63,806 nt of DNA, filler included, from Lama guanicoe (GCA_013239625.1; 134 parts of 133 records of this genome joined end to end with filler, not necessarily neighbours in it), one strand, 5' to 3'. Shown: positions 37,891-50,300, counted from the whole stretch's first letter. Notes: a model not told the origin generated them from the sequence alone. A program made the numbers and translations.

Positions 37891-38301
37891 TTCTATATTC
37901 TGTGTTCTACATTCTATATTCAACATTCTATTTCTGTATCCCATATTCTAAATTCTGTGTTCTGAATTGCATGTTGTATATTCTGGTTCTGTATTCTGAA
38001 TTCTATATTCATTATTCTATATCCTGCATTCTCTATTCTATATTTTATAATCTCTATTCTGTATTCTGTATTCTGTATTCTATACTCGGTGTTTTGAATT
38101 CCATGTTCTAATTCTGTTTTCTACAATGTGCATTCTATATTCTATATTCTGTATTCTGTATTCTGTATTCAACATTCTATACTATGTATTCTGTATAATA
38201 CAATCTTTTTTATGTGTTCGGATTTCCATATTCTAAATTCTGAGTCCTGTAATCTGCATTCTATATTATATATTCTGTGTTATACATTGTGTATACTACA
38301 T
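37891..38301 (-). repeat. Heptamer satellite (reverse complement of the 2446-3021 family)
   Basis: Continuous tattctg/tattcta units. Confidence 0.95.
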
Positions 38302-38401
38302 NNNNNNNNNNNNNNNNNNNNNNNNNNNNNNNNNNNNNNNNNNNNTTAATTAATTAANNNNNNNNNNNNNNNNNNNNNNNNNNNNNNNNNNNNNNNNNNN
38401 N

Positions 38402-38918
38402 GAGAGAAAACTCCACGCAGCTCTCTTCAGTCGCAGGTGTTCCCTGTTCGTAGAAGTCTGGGATATAACTTCCCTGAACTTGGGGAGGCAGCCTCGGTCA
38501 GTAGGATATCCTGCAATCACCCCTAGTATTCCCTGGCACAGAGATACTAGGAAAAACCTCAGGGGAGACGAGCTTAGGCATTCTGTTAGAGCCCACACGC
38601 TGCCGACCGTTGGTGGAACCTCCCCACGCTAAGGATTCCGGAACCATTGTCAGTGCGTGCGGGAGCTCGAGAGACAACTCCACGCAGCTCTCTTCATTCA
38701 CAGGAGTTCCCTGTTCGGGGAAGTCGAGGAAATACCTTCCCTGACCTTGGGGAAGCAGCGTATGACACTGAGATATCCTTCAAACACCACTAACATTCCT
38801 TGGCACAGAGATATTAGGAAAAGAATCAGGGGATACGAGCTTAGTCATTCTGTTAGAGCCCACGCGCTACGGACCGTTGGTGGAACCTCCCCACGCTTAG
38901 GATTCCGGAACCATTGTC
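38402..38918 (+). repeat. Tandem repeat (satellite) with 267-bp monomer, about 1.9 copies
   Basis: gagaga.aactccacgcagctctcttca occurs at 38402 and 38669, and the copies align without indels. Confidence 0.93.
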
Positions 38919-39018
38919 NNNNNNNNNNNNNNNNNNNNNNNNNNNNNNNNNNNNNNNNNNNNTTAATTAATTAANNNNNNNNNNNNNNNNNNNNNNNNNN
39001 NNNNNNNNNNNNNNNNNN

Positions 39019-39743
39019 CCTTCAAGCTAGGTGAAGGACGGCTTTCACACACACATATATCTCAGAAGTGAACATGTGGAGAGACGTACGATCATCCAAC
39101 CAAAGGAACGGGTTGCAGGAGAAACACTTACTCTGGTTTGTCATTCTGTTTCCTAGTGCCGGTTTGAAGTGCCTGCCGTTTTCACTGTAAAACTGACTTG
39201 GACCTTGTTCATACCCATATATATGTATGGAGTGGGGTTTTCAACTGAAAGAATCTTTGTGATCCCTTCTAGCTAGGTAAGGACGGCTTTCACACACAGT
39301 TATCTCTCAGAACTGAGTATGTGGATAGACGTTCGTTCATCCAGTACAAAGGGAACGGGGTGCAGGAGAAATACTTACTCTGGTTTCTCAGTCTGTTTCC
39401 TAGTGCCGGTTTGAAGTGCCTGCCGTTTTCACTGTAAAACCGATTTGGAGCTTGTACCTCCCCATATATATGTATGGAGTGAGGTTTGCTATTGAAAGAA
39501 ACTTTGTGTTCCCTTCTAGCTAGGTTAGGAAGGCTTTCACACACACTTATCTCTCAGAACTGAGCATTTGGTGAGAAGTTCGTTCATCCAGCACAAAGGG
39601 AACTTTTTGCAGGGTAAACACTTCCTCTGGTTTCTCAATCTGTTTCCTTGTGCCGGTTTGAATTGCCTGCCGTTTTCACTGTTAAGCCGAGTTAGAGCTT
39701 GTACATACCCATATATATGTATGGAGTGGAGTTTGCAACTGAA
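39019..39743 (-). repeat. 249-bp-family satellite, about 3 monomers (period 246-247)
   Basis: ccttc.agctaggt at 39019, 39265 and 39512; reverse complement of the 1682-2345 monomer. Confidence 0.95.
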
Positions 39744-39843
39744 NNNNNNNNNNNNNNNNNNNNNNNNNNNNNNNNNNNNNNNNNNNNTTAATTAATTAAN
39801 NNNNNNNNNNNNNNNNNNNNNNNNNNNNNNNNNNNNNNNNNNN

Positions 39844-40519
39844 TTTCTCTGCTTCTTCATCTTGCTCATACCTCTCTGGCACTGTGGTTTATGGAGTATC
39901 AGTTGTCTATTTTGGATCTTAAGGATTTTATCTATGTAATGCCTATTTAGGAATAGAACTTAGAAAAAAAAGAAAGAAAAAAAGAAAAAAAAGAAAAAAT
40001 AGAGAGAGAGAAAGATTTTTAAAAGAAGGGAGAAAGAGGGTTTGAAAACAGTGTATAATGAATAATACAAGAGCGAGTTGAAGCAGAGTATTAATCGGGT
40101 TGAGACGTCCTTTGAAAACGTTAAAAAAAAAAGAAAAAAGAAAAAAGAAGGGTGGGGAGATGAATAGATGTATTTGAAACCTGTGTCTAATTAATAACAG
40201 GACATCAAAACCCAAGAGAAATAGAAATGAATTAAGAAGTAAAAATTAAGAGAGTAATTGAAAATAGAACAGGTAAAAACAGATTAAAAAATAACAAAAA
40301 AACCCCCAAAACAAACACAAAAAACAAACAAAAAAAAGCGGTTGTCGGTGTTCTCCTGGAGTCTGTGTGCTTTTAATGTGAAGTCCTTCTGTATGCTGCT
40401 CCCCTGTCGGCAAGCAGATCGCGCCTCCTCCTAACACGGGGTCAGATGCAGCTCTCCTCTGCTGCGGGTGGGCGGGTCACTGCCCCTCCAGATACCGCAG
40501 TCAGCTGTTGCAGTGCAGA
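39844..40519 (-). mobile_element. Young LINE-1 5'UTR and ORF1 start
   Basis: The minus strand ends in ATG AGC AAG ATG AAG AAG CAG AGA (MSKMKKQR), like artiodactyl L1 ORF1 starts, preceded by T-rich and GC-rich UTR segments. Confidence 0.7.
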
Positions 40520-40619
40520 NNNNNNNNNNNNNNNNNNNNNNNNNNNNNNNNNNNNNNNNNNNNTTAATTAATTAANNNNNNNNNNNNNNNNNNNNNNNNN
40601 NNNNNNNNNNNNNNNNNNN

Positions 40620-41006
40620 ACAGAATATCATATGAGAATATTATGAAAAACTATATGGAACCAAACTGGATAACCTAGAGGACATGGACAAGTTTCTGGA
40701 AACATACTGTCCACCAAAACTGAATCAAGAAGAAACTGAACACTTGAACAATCCGGTCACTGGAAAGGAAATAGGAATAGCAATTAAAAAGCTCCTTACA
40801 AATAAAAGTCCAGGACCGAATGGCTTCACTGGGGAATTCTACCAAGCATACAAAGAAGAACTCATACAAGTCCTTCTCAAACTCTTCCAGATGATTGAAA
40901 AGGAAGGAATACTCCCAAACTCATTCTATGAAGCCACCATCACCCTGATACCAAAACCAGGCAAAGACACTACAAAAAAAGAGAATTATAGGCCAATATC
41001 ACTGAT
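40620..41006 (+). mobile_element. LINE-1 ORF2 fragment (Z/pre-RT region) with in-frame TGA at 40633
   Basis: [28 protein letters not shown]...[14 protein letters not shown]...[22 protein letters not shown]. Confidence 0.97.
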
Positions 41007-41406
41007 NNNNNNNNNNNNNNNNNNNNNNNNNNNNNNNNNNNNNNNNNNNNTTAATTAATTAANNNNNNNNNNNNNNNNNNNNNNNNNNNNNNNNNNNNNN
41101 NNNNNNCCAGCCTAAGTGAATGGCATGGCTCCTGCAGAGTACAGTGCAGTGTTTTCATTTTCAAATGATACTCAAAAATAAGAAAAATAAATAAAACTTA
41201 AGTAAGTGCAGCAATGAGCAATAAAAATGATTAAAATTGATAGAATTAAGCCCATGTGAGTAAAAGTTGTTTATCAAAAAGGAAAAAAAGGACTAGATGT
41301 CACCTTNNNNNNNNNNNNNNNNNNNNNNNNNNNNNNNNNNNNNNNNNNNNTTAATTAATTAANNNNNNNNNNNNNNNNNNNNNNNNNNNNNNNNNNNNNN
41401 NNNNNN

Positions 41407-41436
41407 ACAGGCAGCAGGTGCTTTGAGAGCGCTGTG
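41407..41436 (-). promoter_or_regulatory. Recombination signal sequence: heptamer CACAGCG plus 23 bp of spacer (nonamer beyond contig end)
   Basis: CACAGCG ctctcaaagcacctgctgcctgt immediately follows the YFCAG codons. Confidence 0.85.
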
Positions 41437-41606
41437 CCCCTGCGCAGAAGTAGGTGCCTACATCTGCAGTCTGGGCGGCTGGGATGTGCAGGAAGCTGTC
41501 CTTTTTGGTCTCTCCAAACCGAGCTGTCGGTCTCCCCTGCTTCTTCACGTCTCCACTCTTAGTTAATGTCATCAAGAAGACTGGACGTCCCCCAGGCTGC
41601 TGCTTA
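41437..41606 (-). CDS. TRAV25: T-cell receptor alpha V segment, TRAV25-like (3' part of V exon)
   Basis: KQQPGGRPVFLMTLTKSGDVKKQGRPTARFGETKKDSFLHIPAAQTADVGTYFCAG, followed directly by an RSS. Confidence 0.85.
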
Positions 41607-42606
41607 NNNNNNNNNNNNNNNNNNNNNNNNNNNNNNNNNNNNNNNNNNNNTTAATTAATTAANNNNNNNNNNNNNNNNNNNNNNNNNNNNNNNNNNNNNN
41701 NNNNNNGCCCCCTTTTCCTAGAGTCAGCAATAAGCCTCATGTCTTTTCCCTTCAGCTATTAAGTAGTGGTCTTACCATCCTCTGACAAATGTAAGTATAA
41801 AAAAATTATGAGACACTTTGGGAAAACACAAGGCGCTTCATATATGTCATTTAACACTTAACATTATAATACTCTTGTGCCTTAAGAATGCTTAATTGTT
41901 AGAAAANNNNNNNNNNNNNNNNNNNNNNNNNNNNNNNNNNNNNNNNNNNNTTAATTAATTAANNNNNNNNNNNNNNNNNNNNNNNNNNNNNNNNNNNNNN
42001 NNNNNNACAGATTCAGAGGGAGACCACAGGCAGGAGGGTCACCAGAGGAAAGATCTTGAGAGACAAAGACCCCGCCATGGTGACGAGACAGAAAGGAGAT
42101 GGGGAGGACCAGGGAGTGGGGAACAGACAGGAGGCAGGAGGCCAGCTCCAAGAGGAAGCTCAGGGATTTGGGCTGTACTGTAAGGGGAAGGGGAAGGCTC
42201 TGGAGANNNNNNNNNNNNNNNNNNNNNNNNNNNNNNNNNNNNNNNNNNNNTTAATTAATTAANNNNNNNNNNNNNNNNNNNNNNNNNNNNNNNNNNNNNN
42301 NNNNNNTGAAAATTGCCAGCATTTTTTAATTGGATGACTTGACACACACAAAAAATTAGAATCTGGCTTCTCTTGAAAAATGAAAGTCTGACAGTACAGA
42401 GTCCTCTATTACCATAAGGTGAAAAGCAGCCGGCGCTGATTTAAAGCCACGGTCTCTACCTTGTGCTCCACCTACTTTGTCACCTGCCTGATACCTGGAG
42501 TTATTTNNNNNNNNNNNNNNNNNNNNNNNNNNNNNNNNNNNNNNNNNNNNTTAATTAATTAANNNNNNNNNNNNNNNNNNNNNNNNNNNNNNNNNNNNNN
42601 NNNNNN

Positions 42607-42806
42607 CTGCTTTACAAGGAAAAACAGTAAAAGAGGTTTTATATCAACAAAACCGCCCAAAAAGAAATTTTCAAGGAATTTCCAGGGTAGCTGGCCCTCC
42701 TGGTAGTTGTTATGCATGTGGGCAATTAGGGCATTGAGCAAATCAATGTCCTAAAACAGGGCAACAACCGCCTGGTCAAGATATATTAGTAACCAGTCCC
42801 GGTTTA
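42607..42806 (+). mobile_element. gag: Endogenous betaretrovirus gag fragment (CA end and first NC zinc knuckle), disabled
   Basis: ALQG/(frameshift)TVKEVLYQQ...GSCYACGQLGH*ANQCP...SPGL; CX2CX4HX4C at 42708-42749 with TGA at 42735. Confidence 0.88.
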
Positions 42807-43506
42807 NNNNNNNNNNNNNNNNNNNNNNNNNNNNNNNNNNNNNNNNNNNNTTAATTAATTAANNNNNNNNNNNNNNNNNNNNNNNNNNNNNNNNNNNNNN
42901 NNNNNNCGTTCTCCTGCCGAGACAGGCCTGGGCTGAGCCACCAAGGGCCGCCTGCCAGGGGTGGCCAGTCTGGGACAGGCCCCGATGTGGAGACTAACTC
43001 CAGAGAAGCAGGAGACGTGGGGCAGCAGGTCACTGTCTCATCTTACGTCAGGAGGGGAGTTTCAGGCAAGGTCTCAAACCTCCCCCCAAACCCAAAACAC
43101 CCAACANNNNNNNNNNNNNNNNNNNNNNNNNNNNNNNNNNNNNNNNNNNNTTAATTAATTAANNNNNNNNNNNNNNNNNNNNNNNNNNNNNNNNNNNNNN
43201 NNNNNNTTTACCTCATTCTCAAGGTTTTGTTTCCTTACACATACATGTTTTTATACCTCACTCACTGCACAGAAGCTTTCAGGTAATTTCCAAAACCGCA
43301 TACTTTTCCACAAACTTTAGAAGAAATGATATAAATGGTTGAATTATATGCAGCCGGAGCATTCTAAAAGCATGCTATGTGATGCGTAAAGAACACCTTT
43401 TAACAGNNNNNNNNNNNNNNNNNNNNNNNNNNNNNNNNNNNNNNNNNNNNTTAATTAATTAANNNNNNNNNNNNNNNNNNNNNNNNNNNNNNNNNNNNNN
43501 NNNNNN

Positions 43507-43706
43507 TGGAAACCACAAGAAAGGCTCTTACCCATTTCTTCCCTTCACTCCCTCTCCCCCTTCGCCAGCCCTGGTGCTTCCCCCTGTGGCCCTGCATGAC
43601 ATGCATGGCCCCTCCTCTTCAGATCTGTAACAAACTATCTTTTCAGTGGTAATCATTTCCTCATCTGTCATTTGGCCTCCCCGTCCCTGAATAATAATAA
43701 AACCAC
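43507..43706 (+). mobile_element. MER54/MER74-like ERVL LTR 3' part
   Basis: ggaaaccacaa.aaaggctctt...ccctggtgcttcccc.tgtggccctgc...cctgaataataataaaacc. Confidence 0.7.
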
Positions 43707-43887
43707 NNNNNNNNNNNNNNNNNNNNNNNNNNNNNNNNNNNNNNNNNNNNTTAATTAATTAANNNNNNNNNNNNNNNNNNNNNNNNNNNNNNNNNNNNNN
43801 NNNNNNTAAGCAAGCTAACTATATGTATATATAAACCCTTGAGGTGACATGACCTAAAATATAAACATCAGTGAACTCTGGGTTACA

Positions 43888-44006
43888 GTATATTAGTTAT
43901 CGATTGCTCTGTAACCACTTACCTTAAAATTTAGCAGCTTAAAGCAATAAGCATTTATTATTTCACGGTTTCTGTGGATCCGTTTCTGAAATCTAGATGC
44001 AGCTTG
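43888..44006 (-). mobile_element. MLT1 LTR end
   Basis: tattagttatcgattgct...aaaatttagcagcttaaagcaataagcatttattatttcacggtttctgtgg. Confidence 0.75.
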
Positions 44007-46506
44007 NNNNNNNNNNNNNNNNNNNNNNNNNNNNNNNNNNNNNNNNNNNNTTAATTAATTAANNNNNNNNNNNNNNNNNNNNNNNNNNNNNNNNNNNNNN
44101 NNNNNNGACCCCTCCGTCAAAGCGGGCAGGGCAGTGTGGCAGCGGCAGCCTGCGCACCGCTCCAGAGAGCGCCGCGCGTGAGCAGCCAAGGCCGGGGTGG
44201 GGGCTTTGGAAGAATGGGCAGCAAACCACCAAGATAGACTGTCGGACTCGCACTTAGCATGTGCCCAAGCGGCTCTCCTGTTTTTGCTGATGGGACCCAT
44301 GAGTGTNNNNNNNNNNNNNNNNNNNNNNNNNNNNNNNNNNNNNNNNNNNNTTAATTAATTAANNNNNNNNNNNNNNNNNNNNNNNNNNNNNNNNNNNNNN
44401 NNNNNNGTGACCCATTCATTACTCATCTATGGAGTAATTAAAGTACATTAATCCATTTTTAAAAGAATTTAAAGCTTCTCAGGATTCAGTTCCATGTCCG
44501 CTCTGTGGCAGCAGAGGTTCTCCAGGAGGTCTTCTCTCTTCTGGATCAGCATCCAAGAGAGGTGAGGAAGAAGTACCAGACTTGGACACTGAAGACTACA
44601 ATAGAGNNNNNNNNNNNNNNNNNNNNNNNNNNNNNNNNNNNNNNNNNNNNTTAATTAATTAANNNNNNNNNNNNNNNNNNNNNNNNNNNNNNNNNNNNNN
44701 NNNNNNGTGAGGTCACAGGACCTTTGTTGGCTGGAGCCCTCAGGAAATTCTGTGCAGTGGAGATGGTAAAGGCTCAAGGTGCCGTGGGAAGGGTGTTGGA
44801 GCAGAAAGAACAGTCAATCAGAAAGAAGATCAGAGTAGTTGAGAAGGGTATGAAAAAGGGAGACTGGCAGGAGATGAGGTCAGAGTGATGCAGGGAGGAA
44901 AATGAANNNNNNNNNNNNNNNNNNNNNNNNNNNNNNNNNNNNNNNNNNNNTTAATTAATTAANNNNNNNNNNNNNNNNNNNNNNNNNNNNNNNNNNNNNN
45001 NNNNNNAGGGTTTGGGTTTGGGTGAAATGAGTGAAAGGGGTCAACTATATGATGGTGGATGGTGCTCAATTTGTGGTGGAGATCACCTTGTGGTGTATAG
45101 AAGTCAAATTATAATGCTATAGGCTTGCAACTTATATAATAAAAATATTGAATTAACAAATTGTGGAGAAGATGCAAATCTCTTGCGCAGAAGAATTCCA
45201 TGTAATNNNNNNNNNNNNNNNNNNNNNNNNNNNNNNNNNNNNNNNNNNNNTTAATTAATTAANNNNNNNNNNNNNNNNNNNNNNNNNNNNNNNNNNNNNN
45301 NNNNNNACACTCTTTAAATGATCTTATCTATTTGGACTATTCCTCATAATGGCCATTGTAACTCTTCTGAAGGCTGACAGCAGCTTGGTAGGTCCCTGGC
45401 TGCAAATGAAGTTTAACCCATAGTTCTATCCAGCCATGTCTAGCCACAAATGGAGTCTAACTCACATTTTTATTTGCCCATATTGTGGGACTCCCAATCT
45501 GATGGCNNNNNNNNNNNNNNNNNNNNNNNNNNNNNNNNNNNNNNNNNNNNTTAATTAATTAANNNNNNNNNNNNNNNNNNNNNNNNNNNNNNNNNNNNNN
45601 NNNNNNCAAAAGCAAACAACCAGTGCAGTTAGTGCTACGGATGCTTAGGGAAAGGCCAAGGCTGGACCACAGAATCAAGGTTCCTGGAACTAACTGTGAT
45701 CCCCTCTGCATTCTGTGAAAATAAACCGCTCCTTTAAAAGCATCCTATAGGAACACACATGTGTGCTTCTTTTAGACACGCTGACACTGCTCACCAAAAT
45801 TTAGAANNNNNNNNNNNNNNNNNNNNNNNNNNNNNNNNNNNNNNNNNNNNTTAATTAATTAANNNNNNNNNNNNNNNNNNNNNNNNNNNNNNNNNNNNNN
45901 NNNNNNTCAAAGGAGAAGTTCTCCTTTATTATGTAGAAGTTTTCTTTTCTTTTTTTTTTTAACTTTTCATGTTTAAATCTTAGATCCATCTGAAAGCAGT
46001 TTTTGTATATAGTTTGAGGTGGAGGTCCATGTTATTTTTAAAAATGTGGATGCCCGTTTCTCCCAGCAGCAGTTGTGATGAAAGGTTGCCTTTCCCCATG
46101 CCCAGCNNNNNNNNNNNNNNNNNNNNNNNNNNNNNNNNNNNNNNNNNNNNTTAATTAATTAANNNNNNNNNNNNNNNNNNNNNNNNNNNNNNNNNNNNNN
46201 NNNNNNAGGTAGGTGCAGGTAGGTGCACGAGGCAGGAGGCAGCTGAGGAGAGAGCCTCTGCTCTCTTTGAGAGACCTGACACCTGATGTCATAATGGCTG
46301 CCTTCTATGAGGGCCTGCTACGTGCAGGGAGCCACTGTCCCTCAGCTGATCCTCACGACAGCTCTCGGACAGAGATTACTGTCCCCATGCCTGGAGGAAA
46401 CTGAGGNNNNNNNNNNNNNNNNNNNNNNNNNNNNNNNNNNNNNNNNNNNNTTAATTAATTAANNNNNNNNNNNNNNNNNNNNNNNNNNNNNNNNNNNNNN
46501 NNNNNN

Positions 46507-46706
46507 TGGGTGGGATGTATGAACTTCTTTTAACTAACAGAATATGGCCAAGGTAAGTGATGTCACTGTTATGTGGCAGAGGTAATGAAATATTACTATT
46601 ATAATTACATTATATCGCATCACACAGGACTCTGTGTCCAGAGATTCTCCTTGCTGGTTTGACATAGCAAGCCTCTATGTTGAGGAAGCCACATGGCAAG
46701 AATCTG
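46507..46706 (+). mobile_element. MLT1E/F-like LTR fragment
   Basis: aacagaatatggccaaggt...gatgtcact...tctccttgctggtttga...gccacatggcaagaa. Confidence 0.65.
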
Positions 46707-47106
46707 NNNNNNNNNNNNNNNNNNNNNNNNNNNNNNNNNNNNNNNNNNNNTTAATTAATTAANNNNNNNNNNNNNNNNNNNNNNNNNNNNNNNNNNNNNN
46801 NNNNNNATGAGACCTCATAAATCCGTCCACAATTTTCTTACAATGAAAAGCCATAGGAAACCTCTAAACAATGGTTTCACAAACCACACAATGCAAAGGA
46901 AAGGAATGAAGCGATAAAACATGAATTTAGAAACTACAATTCCTTCATTTAAAAGTAATGTACTTTTTTTAGTATAAAAGTAGTATACATTTATTATTAA
47001 AAAAAANNNNNNNNNNNNNNNNNNNNNNNNNNNNNNNNNNNNNNNNNNNNTTAATTAATTAANNNNNNNNNNNNNNNNNNNNNNNNNNNNNNNNNNNNNN
47101 NNNNNN

Positions 47107-47306
47107 CTTCCTGGTTGCGAAGGGTATAAATCACAGGGTTCATCAAAGGAAAGATCACTGTATGGAAAAAGGAAACCACCTTGTCTGCTGGTAAGGCTCT
47201 GAAGGGGCGGGTGTAGATGAAGATGCCAGGCCCAAACATGAGAAGTATAACAATGATATGGGTGGTGCATGTGGACATGGCCTTGCTCTTCCCCTCAGAG
47301 GAGGAA
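47107..47306 (-). CDS. Olfactory receptor family 4, OR4N-like, TM6-TM7 fragment
   Basis: [66 protein letters not shown]; has the KAxSTC and NPxIYTLRN motifs. Confidence 0.95.
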
Positions 47307-50300
47307 NNNNNNNNNNNNNNNNNNNNNNNNNNNNNNNNNNNNNNNNNNNNTTAATTAATTAANNNNNNNNNNNNNNNNNNNNNNNNNNNNNNNNNNNNNN
47401 NNNNNNTAATATGGTGGCATCCAAAATTAAAATGAGAATACAGTTATTTGGAAAACTTGATTTTATACCAAATCAAGTTTTAATTGAAATCTCCTTGTTC
47501 AAAATTAAAAATGTGTCTGTATACATATAGTAAAATCATTCTAGAACAAATTTCTACTAAGGGTTATAAAACAAATCTTTATTGCTTATATACTTTGAAA
47601 TACTGGNNNNNNNNNNNNNNNNNNNNNNNNNNNNNNNNNNNNNNNNNNNNTTAATTAATTAANNNNNNNNNNNNNNNNNNNNNNNNNNNNNNNNNNNNNN
47701 NNNNNNTTCAGGGAAAGAAAATACATTTAAGTAAATAATCATGGATTATAAAACATACCAGGGTTCCTCTTATGGATAAATCTGAATATCTCAAAATGCA
47801 ATGACAATGACATTAAGATATGACACCAGAAGCACAACCAATGAAAGAAAAACACAAGTAAGTTGGACTTTGTCAAAATTTTAAAATTTTGTGCATCAAG
47901 AAATCANNNNNNNNNNNNNNNNNNNNNNNNNNNNNNNNNNNNNNNNNNNNTTAATTAATTAANNNNNNNNNNNNNNNNNNNNNNNNNNNNNNNNNNNNNN
48001 NNNNNNTCACCCATTTTTTTTCAAAGGTAGAAGAAAATCCAGACATTCCATTTGGGTTATAAAACTAAAAAGAATGTAGATTTTTTTAAAAAAAATCTTA
48101 AAGAAATGCTTAAACCATCACACAATGCTTTTCCCCTCTTTGTTTTCTTAGAGGAAGAAAAACTGCTGAATTTCTGACACCTCTTGAAATATTATCTTTA
48201 GTTTACNNNNNNNNNNNNNNNNNNNNNNNNNNNNNNNNNNNNNNNNNNNNTTAATTAATTAANNNNNNNNNNNNNNNNNNNNNNNNNNNNNNNNNNNNNN
48301 NNNNNNATGACGGTGGAGGTGTGGTTTCCCACTTTCAGGTTAGAAGGACGAAGCTTAGAAAGCGAGCTGGCCAGGCCTCCGGTGCCAGCCCTCCCAGCGG
48401 GACCGCGCGATCGGAGTCCCCGGCGTGTCGTCTCAGGGCTTTGTCTGTCGTGAGCCACTCCTCCTCTGCCCTCCCTCATGGCTGCGTGCTGACGTCTGTC
48501 TTACAGNNNNNNNNNNNNNNNNNNNNNNNNNNNNNNNNNNNNNNNNNNNNTTAATTAATTAANNNNNNNNNNNNNNNNNNNNNNNNNNNNNNNNNNNNNN
48601 NNNNNNACGACCTCTGTGTTGTTTTAGAATATAAACCTTGTTAATAATGCAAAGTCTCTTGAAATGTACAATTCCACAGCTCTTAAGAACATCCTTGAGA
48701 AGAAGGTACTTCATAGTACAATGACAGCCTCGTGTCACCGGAGTTTGAAGTGGGGAGGGCTGCATTCTTTCCCGTCCTTTTGTATCATAATAGATTTGTG
48801 GTGGGANNNNNNNNNNNNNNNNNNNNNNNNNNNNNNNNNNNNNNNNNNNNTTAATTAATTAANNNNNNNNNNNNNNNNNNNNNNNNNNNNNNNNNNNNNN
48901 NNNNNNCCTAATAGGGTGTCTTTAATTTTATGTATGTGTAGCAAATATCAAAAACGGAACAGAAAAGTACAATTTAAACAAATGTAGAAAGTTGTAATAA
49001 TCTCATAGATTTCCGTGCCCAGTACCCCACGACCCCACGTTGGAGACCACGGCTCCGATAACGGTGATGGTGGTAACTGAAGTCACTAAGGATTTAATCT
49101 GTACCTNNNNNNNNNNNNNNNNNNNNNNNNNNNNNNNNNNNNNNNNNNNNTTAATTAATTAANNNNNNNNNNNNNNNNNNNNNNNNNNNNNNNNNNNNNN
49201 NNNNNNAAAATAAAAGGATGGAAAGGAGATAGACCACACAAATAGGATCCAAGAGGAAGTAGCAGTAACTTAGAGTAAATGTAAGGGAAAAAGAGGTATT
49301 GTTAGAAAGAGATAAAAAGAACATGAGAACAGCAAGAACACAGGGAAGGTGCAGTCACCAGAACGCAGGTGTCTAACACACAGCCCGAAAATACACCAAG
49401 CAACAGNNNNNNNNNNNNNNNNNNNNNNNNNNNNNNNNNNNNNNNNNNNNTTAATTAATTAANNNNNNNNNNNNNNNNNNNNNNNNNNNNNNNNNNNNNN
49501 NNNNNNAGGTATTTTTCATCATAGTAATCTTTCCAACAATTACATTTGATATAAAATCATTACAACAAGGTTTGGGTTGAATTTTGTTTTTGTTTTTTAA
49601 ATCATTCTTTAAAAAAATACCAAAATAGGAACCCTTTTGCATTCCCTGCAGACCACGGTGGAAGCTCATGAAATTTGGTAAAGACACAGCCTCTTTCTTT
49701 GCTGACNNNNNNNNNNNNNNNNNNNNNNNNNNNNNNNNNNNNNNNNNNNNTTAATTAATTAANNNNNNNNNNNNNNNNNNNNNNNNNNNNNNNNNNNNNN
49801 NNNNNNTCATAGAATTATCATGGATTTAAGTTGATAATGCAGTTAGAAGTTCTTAGTGTTTAGCACACAGGAAGTGCTCAATACATCTTGGCTGCCATGT
49901 TTTACCCATTCAACCAACAATTACGGAATGCCTACAATTACCAGATACTAAGCTACGGGTAGTAAATAAAAAATGACTAAAAGAAGGATGATAATATGGT
50001 TAAAATNNNNNNNNNNNNNNNNNNNNNNNNNNNNNNNNNNNNNNNNNNNNTTAATTAATTAANNNNNNNNNNNNNNNNNNNNNNNNNNNNNNNNNNNNNN
50101 NNNNNNTGACAAAGGGAAAGCAAGACTTTTAAAAATATATACCAGCAATCCAGACACAGCACAAACATTTGGGGAAGAACAAGAATAGAAAATAAATATG
50201 GTTATAAACAAACTCAGGGCAAGAAGTGGTTTGGCACATACAGTGCCTGCCAAACAAGAGGTGAGAAAGTTATTGACTGAAATGATCATTAGGAATGAAA

